Of a stretch of DNA of 64,000 bases, positions 10,060-18,384 are shown in pieces (position 1 is the stretch's first letter; each line of letters begins with the position of its first letter). This stretch comes from Ilumatobacteraceae bacterium. Its GTDB lineage: Bacteria > Actinomycetota > Acidimicrobiia > Acidimicrobiales > Ilumatobacteraceae. The stretch lies in the NCBI GenBank assembly GCA_039916865.1, contig JBDSKN010000015.1, positions 6,225-70,224 of the forward strand, written 5' to 3'. Made by a program: the position numbers and the translations under genes. Below the pieces are notes generated by a model that made no database searches, was not told where the DNA came from, and saw only the letters and a list, made by a program, of their open reading frames with translations.

Positions 10060-11169
10060 ATGCCGGTTAGCCACGTTGAAATAGTCCGTGCTCATATCAA
10101 TCTTGTCGCGCCATTTCGCACTTCATTTGGCGTGGAAACCGATCGCGACTTGCTTTATGTCCATGTAATTGGAGACGATCAGGAGGGTTGGGGCGAGTGC
10201 GTCGCCATGGCCGATCCACTTTATTCCTCTGAATACGTGGACGGATGTGAGGAAGTGATTCGTCGGTATCTGCTGCCGCTGGTAGATGCCAATGTGACGG
10301 CCGAAACGTTCGCCGCCGCCGCCGCCCCAATTCGTGGAAACTTTATGGCCAAGGCGGCGATTGAAGCGGCACTGCTTGACTATCAACTACGCGTCGCCAA
10401 ACAATCGCTGGCCTCGTATCTGGGTGCGACCCAAGCCCGTGTCGCGTCCGGGGTATCGGTTGGAATTCAATCGACAATTGATGGTCTCATCGAAGTGGTG
10501 GCCAAGTATGTCGCGCAGGGCTACGTACGGATTAAATTGAAAATTGAACCGGGTCACGACATTGAAAATGTCCGCGCGGTGCGGGATTCATTTGGATCGG
10601 AAATGCTGTTGCAAGTGGATGCAAACGCGGCCTACTCGGTGGAAGACAGCAAGCACCTGTCGCAACTCGATGAATTTGGATTACTGCTCATTGAGCAACC
10701 GCTCGCAGAGGAAGATCTTGCCGGTCATGTCACGCTCGCCAGCCAAATCTCCACTCCAATTTGCCTGGACGAATCAATTACCTCATGTGAGGTTGCGCGT
10801 GGCGCGCTCGACCTTGGTGCATGTTCGATAATCAACATCAAACCGGGTCGCGTCGGCGGCTATCTTGAGGCTCGCAAAATTCACGATCTGTGTCTATCTC
10901 GGGGCGTAGCCGTGTGGTGTGGGGGGATGCTCGAGACTGGGATTGGCCGCGCCGCAAACTTGGCCCTGGCCGCTTTGCCTGGTTTTACTTTGCCGGGGGA
11001 CACCTCGGCATCCGCCAGATATTTTGCCCAGGATGTCACTAGGCCATTTGTGCTAATTGACGGCTATATAGAGGTACCAACCGGCGATGGTATTGGGGTC
11101 GTTCCGATCCCGGAAGTGCTTGATGAAATGATGGTTCGCCGCGAGAGTTTCGCCGTCGCCAGAAGCTAA
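10060..11169 (+). CDS. Enolase-superfamily enzyme, o-succinylbenzoate synthase / N-acylamino acid racemase type
   Basis: KxK motif (IKLKIEPG), metal ligands in LQVDANAAY, LIEQPL and LDES, and second catalytic Lys in NIKPGRVGG. Confidence 0.85.
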   Translation: MPVSHVEIVRAHINLVAPFRTSFGVETDRDLLYVHVIGDDQEGWGECVAMADPLYSSEYVDGCEEVIRRYLLPLVDANVTAETFAAAAAPIRGNFMAKAAIEAALLDYQLRVAKQSLASYLGATQARVASGVSVGIQSTIDGLIEVVAKYVAQGYVRIKLKIEPGHDIENVRAVRDSFGSEMLLQVDANAAYSVEDSKHLSQLDEFGLLLIEQPLAEEDLAGHVTLASQISTPICLDESITSCEVARGALDLGACSIINIKPGRVGGYLEARKIHDLCLSRGVAVWCGGMLETGIGRAANLALAALPGFTLPGDTSASARYFAQDVTRPFVLIDGYIEVPTGDGIGVVPIPEVLDEMMVRRESFAVARS

Positions 11170-12116
11170 CGGGAACGGCGGGTGACCAAATCCAGCATCT
11201 CGTTGAATCGAGGGCTTTCAAAGTCAGATTGAGCGCGCTCGTATTTTTCCATTCCCCATTGCCAGAAGTCGAAATCGAACGTTGAGATGGATTGCTGGAT
11301 CGAAGCCCACAGAGTCCATCCGTATTTTGACATCAGCGCTAGAAACCATGCGCGAGCAATTTTTTCCGGCCTATGGCTCTCGTAATAGGCTTCGACTAGT
11401 TCGAGCAAGCAGTCATACTCGAGCGATGCCTCCGACCAGATATTTCCAAGTTCGAAGCAAGCGTCGTTGTTTCCCGAGTATTCGTAGTCGATGATCCAAA
11501 TTTTTTTGCCGTCGTCGATGAAATTGGCGGGTAGCAAGTCGTTGTTGCAGGGAACCGTTCCCTCGTCAAGAACTTTCAGGGCTTGCTCTATCTGAATAAT
11601 TTGTGGCAGGTACGAGACGTATTTATCCGGCAACCGATAGCCATTTTGCCGAACGGTATGCAGATACAGCCGCTGGATATCAAACATGTTGAAATTGCTG
11701 ACAAAGGGTTTCGCCCCGTGCAGAATACGACAACTTGCGGCGATCCGCCCCAAGTTGTTGGCAACATCGTGTGGGCCATATGTTCGACCTTCGAGAAATC
11801 CGATCACCAGCAATCCCTGGTCGGGAATGTAATCGTGGACGGGAGCACCAATTCCCACCAGTGCAGCGATCTTGGAGTTTTCGTACTCGCTTTCTCGATT
11901 TATAGCCAGCATCGACGATGTGTTGCTTGAAACGCGTGCGACGTACTTGCCCGAAGGTGTATCGATGGCCATATTGCGGTTGGTCAATCCGCCAGACAGT
12001 TCGCGGATTCGGGTGCGATCCCTCAGCAGGGGAACTTGGTCGAACAATTTTCGGTAGTTTTCGTCAATTGCTTCGTCCAAACCATCCACCACATCGACAG
12101 GATACATTTTCTCCAT
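11166..12116 (-). CDS. Choline/ethanolamine-kinase-like phosphotransferase (APH/ChoK family)
   Basis: LSGGLTNRN, Brenner motif CNNDLLPANF, and ChoK motif IIDYEYSGNNDACFELGN. Start is uncertain between ATG 12116 and ATG 12107; the ORF-track start 12152 would overlap the divergent gene. Confidence 0.75.
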   Translation of the reverse strand: MEKMYPVDVVDGLDEAIDENYRKLFDQVPLLRDRTRIRELSGGLTNRNMAIDTPSGKYVARVSSNTSSMLAINRESEYENSKIAALVGIGAPVHDYIPDQGLLVIGFLEGRTYGPHDVANNLGRIAASCRILHGAKPFVSNFNMFDIQRLYLHTVRQNGYRLPDKYVSYLPQIIQIEQALKVLDEGTVPCNNDLLPANFIDDGKKIWIIDYEYSGNNDACFELGNIWSEASLEYDCLLELVEAYYESHRPEKIARAWFLALMSKYGWTLWASIQQSISTFDFDFWQWGMEKYERAQSDFESPRFNEMLDLVTRRSR

Positions 12117-14565
12117 GTCTTTATCGAAACTTCCTCTTCGAGCAAGGATCATTGTTATCGGCGGAGGAGTGGGTGGGACATCGGTTGCGTATCACCTCGC
12201 CGAACTTGGTCAGCGTGATGTATTACTCGTGGATCGCAACGAACTGACGAGCGGTTCAACATTCCATTCGGCCGGTCTTGTCGGTCAACTCCGCGCCGAT
12301 CCAACATTGACGAAGATGAACATGCACTCGGTGGACTTGTACCGTCAGTTGGAACTGACGGACACTCCGCCCGGATGGAAGGAGTCCGGCAGCATAAAAC
12401 TTGCATCGTCGCCCGAGCGAATGGAGGAAATTCGTCGCCAGATCGGGTGGGCACGAAGCTTTGACTTGGACTTGCACGAGATCTCTCCCCAGGAAGCGCA
12501 GTCGCTCTTTCCCCTGATTGATTTAGACGGCGTCGTCGGGGCTTGCTACATGGCCTCGGATGGTGAAGTCGATCCGTCGCAACTTACTTACGCGATGGCC
12601 AGCGGTGCCCGCAAGGGCGGGGTGCAATTCGCAACCAACACCCGTGTGCTGGCAATTCTCACGGTAAAGGGCAGAGTTTCGAAGGTGATCACAGACCGCG
12701 GCGAGATCGAATGCGAGGTCGTCATTAATTGTGGGGGAATGTTTGCCCCGTCAATAGGGCGCATGGTGGGAGTGCGCATTCCGATCGTGCCGATGAGCCA
12801 TCAGTACATGATCACGGAGAACTTTCTAGATCCGGCCGCTAGTCGACTTCCGTCGTTACGAGACCCCGACAATCTTGTCTACTTTCGACAAGAGGTCGGC
12901 GGCCTATTGATGGGAGGGTACGAGCGCGTCTCTCAGCCATGGACGGCCAGTCCCGCACATCTTGATGACATCCCTGCCGACTTCAATTCGCGCCTTCTGG
13001 ATCAAGACTGGAATCGATTTGAAGAGATCGCCCTCAACTCGCAGCGCCGCGTGCCGATGATGGAAAGAATCGGGATGAAAAACTTCATTAACGGTCCGGA
13101 GGGATTTACGCCGGACAACGAATTCTGCTTGGGTGAAACCGAAGTAGGCGGATTCTTTGTCGCCGCAGGATTCTGTGCCCATGGCATCGCCGGTGCCGGT
13201 GGAATCGGAAAAGTAGTCGCCGAGTGGGTCATTTCAGGCGAGCCGCAAACCGATCTGTGGCACATGGACATTCGCCGCTTTGCTAAGGCATACGAGTCTC
13301 CTTCCTTCACCGTCAGTCGAGTGCAAGAAAATTACGAGTCGTACTACGACATTCACTATCCGGGCGAGGAACGCCAAAGCGCGCGACCACACAAGACTTC
13401 AACTGTTTACCCCTGGCACCTCGAATCGGGCGCCGTGTTTGGCGAAAAGGCCGGTTGGGAAAGAGTCAATTACTACCTCCCGCATGCCACCGACGATTCG
13501 TTCAGGCCGCTCGGTTGGGCCGGAAAGCATTGGTCATCGGCAACTGCCACCGAACACAATGCCACCCGCGAGTCGGGCGGACTCTTCGATGAGTCGAGTT
13601 TTGCCAAAATAGAGGTATCAGGCGATCGCGCCGGAGAATTTCTCAACATTGTCTGTGCCAACAACATTGAACGCGGGCTCGATCGAGCCGTGTATTCCCA
13701 GGCGCTAAATTCGCACGGAGGTATCGAGTGCGACTTCACCGTGACCAGGACGGGAGAGCAATCGTATTTCATTGTCACCGGCACGGCGTTCGGTACCCAT
13801 GACCTTGGTTGGCTTAAAAAGCAGAGTCGGGAATTGGATTACCCGGATGTTGTGCTCAACGATGTCACCGACAACTTTGCGTGCTTCGGGTTGTGGGGCC
13901 CAAACTCTCGGGAAATTCTTTCTGCAATCACAGCTGATGACGTGAGTAACGCTGGGTTCAAATTTATGCATTCGCGAGAAACCACAGTCGGTGGCATCTT
14001 GGCGCGCGCTACTCGGATTACGTACGTAGGCGAACTGGGCTGGGAGTTGTATGTTCCTACCGAAAACGGAGCCGCACTGTGGCAGGTACTGCTCGAAGCG
14101 GGTAAGTCGCACCAATTGATGACGTGCGGTTACCGAGCAATCGAATCGCTTCGTTTGGAAAAGGGCTACCGCGCATGGGGAGTCGAGATCAATTCTGAGA
14201 CCACCCCTTGGGAAGCAGGACTGGAATTCGCGATCGCGCTAACCAAGACAAACTTCAACGGTCGCGAGGCTCTAATTGCCTCGCGAGGCAGAGAATCCAA
14301 GAAGTTGATGGCAATGACCTTTGACGACATCCGACGGGTGCCACTGGGCAACGAACCAATTCGCATCGGAAACGAAGTTGTCGGCCGCGTCAAAAGCGGA
14401 GGTCAAGGTTTCACGATCGGCAAGGCAATTGGCTACGCCTATTTTCCAATTCAACACGCTCGCCCCGGCATCGAAATCGAAGTCGAGTTTTTTGGCCAGT
14501 GGGTAAGTGGCGTCGTGGCCCAGGATCCGCTCTTCGATCCCACTGGGTTGCGAATTCGCGCCTAA
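12115..14565 (+). CDS. FAD-dependent oxidoreductase fused to a GcvT/aminomethyltransferase domain (dimethylglycine/sarcosine dehydrogenase-like)
   Basis: N-terminal dinucleotide fold IIVIGGGVGGTSVAYHL, 816 aa, C-terminal GcvT-like block (LRLEKGYRAWG...). Confidence 0.85.
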   Translation: MSLSKLPLRARIIVIGGGVGGTSVAYHLAELGQRDVLLVDRNELTSGSTFHSAGLVGQLRADPTLTKMNMHSVDLYRQLELTDTPPGWKESGSIKLASSPERMEEIRRQIGWARSFDLDLHEISPQEAQSLFPLIDLDGVVGACYMASDGEVDPSQLTYAMASGARKGGVQFATNTRVLAILTVKGRVSKVITDRGEIECEVVINCGGMFAPSIGRMVGVRIPIVPMSHQYMITENFLDPAASRLPSLRDPDNLVYFRQEVGGLLMGGYERVSQPWTASPAHLDDIPADFNSRLLDQDWNRFEEIALNSQRRVPMMERIGMKNFINGPEGFTPDNEFCLGETEVGGFFVAAGFCAHGIAGAGGIGKVVAEWVISGEPQTDLWHMDIRRFAKAYESPSFTVSRVQENYESYYDIHYPGEERQSARPHKTSTVYPWHLESGAVFGEKAGWERVNYYLPHATDDSFRPLGWAGKHWSSATATEHNATRESGGLFDESSFAKIEVSGDRAGEFLNIVCANNIERGLDRAVYSQALNSHGGIECDFTVTRTGEQSYFIVTGTAFGTHDLGWLKKQSRELDYPDVVLNDVTDNFACFGLWGPNSREILSAITADDVSNAGFKFMHSRETTVGGILARATRITYVGELGWELYVPTENGAALWQVLLEAGKSHQLMTCGYRAIESLRLEKGYRAWGVEINSETTPWEAGLEFAIALTKTNFNGREALIASRGRESKKLMAMTFDDIRRVPLGNEPIRIGNEVVGRVKSGGQGFTIGKAIGYAYFPIQHARPGIEIEVEFFGQWVSGVVAQDPLFDPTGLRIRA

Positions 14566-14729
14566 TAAATACGAAAGTCCGAAAATACACCGTCCACACA
14601 CATTTGTTCCATATTGAGGTTCTCGAAATCGCGGGTTTCTGCCAGAAAAGATCGACACAGGCTGGGAGCGAACTGCGATACAAGTCGGTAAGCATGGTCA
14701 CTTGGAGCCAAATTTTTACGGAAGTTCCA

Positions 14730-14758
14730 TTGCTTTTAATACTTACAGTAAGTATAGT
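14730..14758 (+). promoter_or_regulatory. Putative promoter TTGCTT-17nt-TATAGT, overlapped by the 15-bp palindrome TACTTACaGTAAGTA (14740-14754)
   Basis: The -10-like hexamer ends 6 nt before ATG 14765, which is leaderless-type spacing, and no SD is visible. The perfect 7+1+7 inverted repeat spans the spacer and the -10. Confidence 0.35.
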
Positions 14759-14764
14759 AAATCT

Positions 14765-15760
14765 ATGCAGATCTCAGGACGACCTTTACTCGCCACCAGA
14801 GTCGACGCGACGCTCTACGTCGAGCGGGGTATTGAGGCGAAAGTCATTACGGCCGCTCGGCGAGGACTAAATACTCTCATCATTGGCGATGCAGGAGCAG
14901 GAAAGACAAGCCTGCTACACCGACTTGAATGGGAGTTACGCCAAGACTACTCCTCGGTTGTCTATGTCGATGGTCGCCGAAGTGATGAGCTTGACGAGAT
15001 GCTTGACAATCTTCGAATTCAACTCGGGATCGAAGCACTACCTAATCCGTCCCCATTCGCTGCTTTCTCGGGGCTGAACGAAACAATCAACGGTATTAAG
15101 TCACCGAAGTTCGTGCCTCCGACTGAACGAACGTTGAAAAGGCTAGCTGATAAGTTGCCAGCGGACAAACGCAAAATAGTTCTTCTGGATAGCCCAGAGC
15201 GCAAGGTCGCTCACACATTGTTTGGACGATTGCGCGATGTCGTTTGGCAATTGCCAATCAGTTGGATCGTAGTCGCCGATTCGAGCGCAGCCGACGCATT
15301 TCGTCGCCCGCCCGCCGATGCATTTTTTGATCTATTGGAGCGACTTGGTGGTATTAGCGCGAATGAAGGTCGAGAAATACTGCGACTCCGTGAAGTGCCG
15401 GTCAATTACATTGCAGATTTTCTATTCTCTAAGGCCACCACACCACGTATAGTGCTCGACCACGCCAGGCGATCGATTCTTGAACCACCAACATCTGACA
15501 AGTTGCAGAAGAGTGACGCCGAATTCATGAGGCGACTCAGTGTTGTTTCACGAGCGGCATCTATGTTGGCGAGCGAACTACGCGGTCAAGGTGCAGTAAG
15601 CGCGTCCGACAAAGATCTTCAGAGACGTATGAGTTGGACGCGTGAACGGTTGACCCAGGTATTAAAAGAACTCGAGGCCGCTGGGTTGGCGAAAGCAACA
15701 GAAGCCGCGGATGGGAAGCCGGGACGCCCTCGGCGCTTCTACGAGATATTGGTGTCGTAA
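14765..15760 (+). CDS. Uncharacterised P-loop ATPase with a C-terminal winged-helix-like tail
   Basis: Walker A IIGDAGAGKTSLL (nt 14885-14911) and Walker B-like KIVLLDSPE. The C-terminus reads LQRRMSWTRERLTQVLKELEAAGLAKATEAADGKPGRPRRFYEIL (HTH/wHTH-like). Start trimmed to ATG 14765; the ORF track starts at TTG 14702. Confidence 0.7.
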   Translation: MQISGRPLLATRVDATLYVERGIEAKVITAARRGLNTLIIGDAGAGKTSLLHRLEWELRQDYSSVVYVDGRRSDELDEMLDNLRIQLGIEALPNPSPFAAFSGLNETINGIKSPKFVPPTERTLKRLADKLPADKRKIVLLDSPERKVAHTLFGRLRDVVWQLPISWIVVADSSAADAFRRPPADAFFDLLERLGGISANEGREILRLREVPVNYIADFLFSKATTPRIVLDHARRSILEPPTSDKLQKSDAEFMRRLSVVSRAASMLASELRGQGAVSASDKDLQRRMSWTRERLTQVLKELEAAGLAKATEAADGKPGRPRRFYEILVS

Positions 15761-16801
15761 ATGGCCGACCTTCTCACCGAACTTCAACAGATACGCGCCT
15801 TCGACCCGACTCTACGCTTTGAGGAACTTGGCTATCTTCATGTACCGTTCGATGATCTGCACGGTTCGACAAATGTTGAAGGACGCATTCTCTCAGCCGT
15901 TGGCCGAGGCGATCGCGTTGCTCTAATTGGTACCACGGGAAACGGGAAGTCGAGTACTGCGTCGTATGTGGTGAGCCCAATGAACGAAGCGATTATCGCG
16001 TTTCGAATCGGAGTTACAGTCGAAGATCCGAATCTGTTAGCCAACCCGGGACGTTTTGCCCAGTATGTGGTGCGCCACATTGCCCGCGATGCAATGGAAG
16101 TCTCTGCGCCGCTACGAATTCAGTTGCAACTTGATGTGGCAGAAACTCATTCCGTGCGGAACGAACGATCACGGCGCGGAATTGGGAAAATCAATGCGAA
16201 GGTATTCGAATTGTCCGGCGAACTCGGCGTGGTGATGCGGTCGATTGATCAGCCAACGTCATCTCATGAGTTTATTGAAGCACTTGACCACGCACTAGAA
16301 CTGGTGCGTTCAACTGGCGCCGTCCCAGTACTTGTGATCGATGACTCTGATACGTGGCTAGAAGTTACGGGTGCAAAACTAAGTGAAACTCGTCGAGATT
16401 TTTTTGGTCCGATCATGCGAATGCTTGCTGAACGGAACTGTGGTCTTCTGGTCGCCGTCGACGAGCGCTATCTCGACAGTGACGATTATAAGCCAGCTCG
16501 CGATGGATTCCTTCCGACCGAGGTACATGTTCCTCGATTGCGTGACGCACACGATCTGGAACGCCTCTTTGCGCGACGCATCTCTGAAATCGAAAGAGCT
16601 GTTGTCGGTGACGTTTTCACGGATTCAGTAATTGACGAAATTTATGCCCATTATGCAGGTTCAAACCTCAGCCTCCGGCAACTTATGCGCTTGGTTCATT
16701 CGTCGATGTATCATGTTTCGACGCTTGGAGAGTCCCGGGTGGGTTCGGCCGCATTCGCCGCGAGCGTTCGCGAGTTTGGTGCGGAATTTCAGACAAGTTG
16801 A
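15761..16801 (+). CDS. Uncharacterised P-loop ATPase, second gene of the pair
   Basis: Walker A LIGTTGNGKSST (nt 15929-15952) and Walker B VLVIDDSDTW. A C-terminal helical segment resembles an AAA+ lid (my reading). Its ATG directly follows the TAA of the upstream gene (TAAATG). Confidence 0.7.
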   Translation: MADLLTELQQIRAFDPTLRFEELGYLHVPFDDLHGSTNVEGRILSAVGRGDRVALIGTTGNGKSSTASYVVSPMNEAIIAFRIGVTVEDPNLLANPGRFAQYVVRHIARDAMEVSAPLRIQLQLDVAETHSVRNERSRRGIGKINAKVFELSGELGVVMRSIDQPTSSHEFIEALDHALELVRSTGAVPVLVIDDSDTWLEVTGAKLSETRRDFFGPIMRMLAERNCGLLVAVDERYLDSDDYKPARDGFLPTEVHVPRLRDAHDLERLFARRISEIERAVVGDVFTDSVIDEIYAHYAGSNLSLRQLMRLVHSSMYHVSTLGESRVGSAAFAASVREFGAEFQTS

Positions 16802-16810
16802 AAAAATTTG

Positions 16811-16883
16811 TCGGGGAGGGGGGACTTGAACCCCCGGCCTCCTGGTCCCAAACCAGGCACGCTACCAACTGCGCCACTCCCCG
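16811..16883 (-). tRNA. tRNA-Pro (anticodon UGG)
   Basis: Minus-strand 73-nt cloverleaf: acceptor CGGGGAG/CTCCCCG plus discriminator A, D arm GCGC-AGTTGGTA-GCGT, anticodon stem CCTGG/CCAGG with loop TTTGGGA, T arm GGGGG-TTCAAGT-CCCCC. CCA is not encoded. Confidence 0.95.
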
Positions 16884-16908
16884 GGACGAGCCATCCTAGC
16901 GATGGGGT

Positions 16909-18081
16909 CTACCGATTCGACGCGAGAGTACGAACACAGTCGAGCAGACGCGTGACATCGTCGTCATTTACATATCGCACGACTCCAGCGCGCACGACAC
17001 CACCACTATCGGCGAGACCAAGTTGATCGACTGCCTCGACCGCGTACGAGTGTCCGGCCCACACGGCAATGCGATTCGCGGCCAACACTTGTGCCACGCG
17101 CGCGGGCGAATGTCCATCGATTGTGAACGCCACGGTTGGCGCTCGACCTTGCATCGTTTTCGGTCCCCACACACTCACGCCCTGAGTTTCGATCAACCCA
17201 TGTAATAGAGGTCCAAACACATCCGATTCGATTTGCCCGATACGCGACATGTCTTCCTCGATCAGGAAGCGAGCCGCCGCATCAACCGCGGCAATTCCTT
17301 CGAAGTTTGGGGTCCCAGTCTCAAAGCGTGCTGGTCCAATGTTGTTGGCCGGGCGCACCTTGGCAACGGGTAGATCGTTGAGCAGATTGGGTTCGATGCA
17401 CAGCACGCCGGCGTGAGGTCCATACCACTTATATGGTGAACATGCCAGGACGTCGCATCCGAGCGTTGCGACATCGATGGGCTGATGTACCGCTAGGTGC
17501 ACGGCATCGACAAACACGCGAGCGCCAGCATCATGGGCAGCACGAATAATTGGCGCCAGGTGAGGTGTAGTGCCAAGGAGATTGGAAGCCCCGGTGACGG
17601 CAACCCACGCAGTTCGATCATTGATCAGATTGATAACCGCAGATGGTTCCAAGATTCCGGTAGTCGCATCGAATGGGGCTAAGACATGTTCTGCGCCCGC
17701 CATCTCGCAGGCAATCCGCCAAGTGGAGACATTTGAATCATGATCGAGTCGAGTTCCCACCACTCGGTCGCCTGGTTTGAGCATTTTTGCCACGGCACGG
17801 GTGAAGGCCATGGTCATCGTCGTCATATTGGCGCCCAAACAGACCCCGGCGGCATCCGCGTTGAACAATTGAGCCACCGTGTTGCGGGTGCGACTCATCA
17901 ACGCATCGCATTCCTGTGCCGCGGAAAAGGAGCCGCCGCAATTGGCGTTTGAGCCATTTGTTGCCCAGTCGGTCATCGCCCGAATTGCCACATCCACCAT
18001 CTGGGTACCGGCCGGACCATCAAAGCGAGCCCATCCGTCGCGCACGCCGGGAAAGCGATGGCGAATGTCTGGCAAAATCAC
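16909..18081 (-). CDS. Class V aminotransferase / cysteine desulfurase family protein
   Basis: PLP-lysine context ACSPYKWYGPHAGV, plus VAVTGASNLLGT and FVDAVHLAVHQPIDV. Confidence 0.85.
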   Translation of the reverse strand: MILPDIRHRFPGVRDGWARFDGPAGTQMVDVAIRAMTDWATNGSNANCGGSFSAAQECDALMSRTRNTVAQLFNADAAGVCLGANMTTMTMAFTRAVAKMLKPGDRVVGTRLDHDSNVSTWRIACEMAGAEHVLAPFDATTGILEPSAVINLINDRTAWVAVTGASNLLGTTPHLAPIIRAAHDAGARVFVDAVHLAVHQPIDVATLGCDVLACSPYKWYGPHAGVLCIEPNLLNDLPVAKVRPANNIGPARFETGTPNFEGIAAVDAAARFLIEEDMSRIGQIESDVFGPLLHGLIETQGVSVWGPKTMQGRAPTVAFTIDGHSPARVAQVLAANRIAVWAGHSYAVEAVDQLGLADSGGVVRAGVVRYVNDDDVTRLLDCVRTLASNR

Positions 18082-18084
18082 CGA

Positions 18085-18357
18085 CTACGAATTGCGCTTG
18101 GCCGCTTTGGCTAATCGACGCGCGGTTTTACCGATCGGCTTAAAGTGTCGCTGGTCAAGATCGGCAACTTCAACTCCATTTGCAAAACGGACGCGATAGC
18201 GAAGCCAATTGAACCCGTTAGCCAAAATTATTTTACCTTCGGAACCAGCGGGTGCTTGCGCAAGGTCGACAGTGGTTTCGACAACGTCACCAATTTTTAG
18301 GTTGATTTGTTGTGGGTGCGGAAACGCTAAGACATGCGGTTTCCACGAGGCTGTCAC
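18085..18357 (-). CDS. Hypothetical small protein (90 aa)
   Basis: ORF ends 3 nt before the desulfurase-family start on the same strand. No recognisable motif. Confidence 0.45.
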   Translation of the reverse strand: MTASWKPHVLAFPHPQQINLKIGDVVETTVDLAQAPAGSEGKIILANGFNWLRYRVRFANGVEVADLDQRHFKPIGKTARRLAKAAKRNS

Positions 18358-18384
18358 AGATCAAAAGGGTACACTTTGCGCTCT

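Noticed and set aside
14566-16883. A classical tRNA-integrated genomic island with integrase and att direct repeats.
   Set aside because: No integrase, recombinase or transposase ORF is present. I found no copy of the tRNA-Pro 3' segment (GGGGACTTGAACCCCC...) near 14566-14764. Only the hotspot context remains, and it is used as weak support in the finding.
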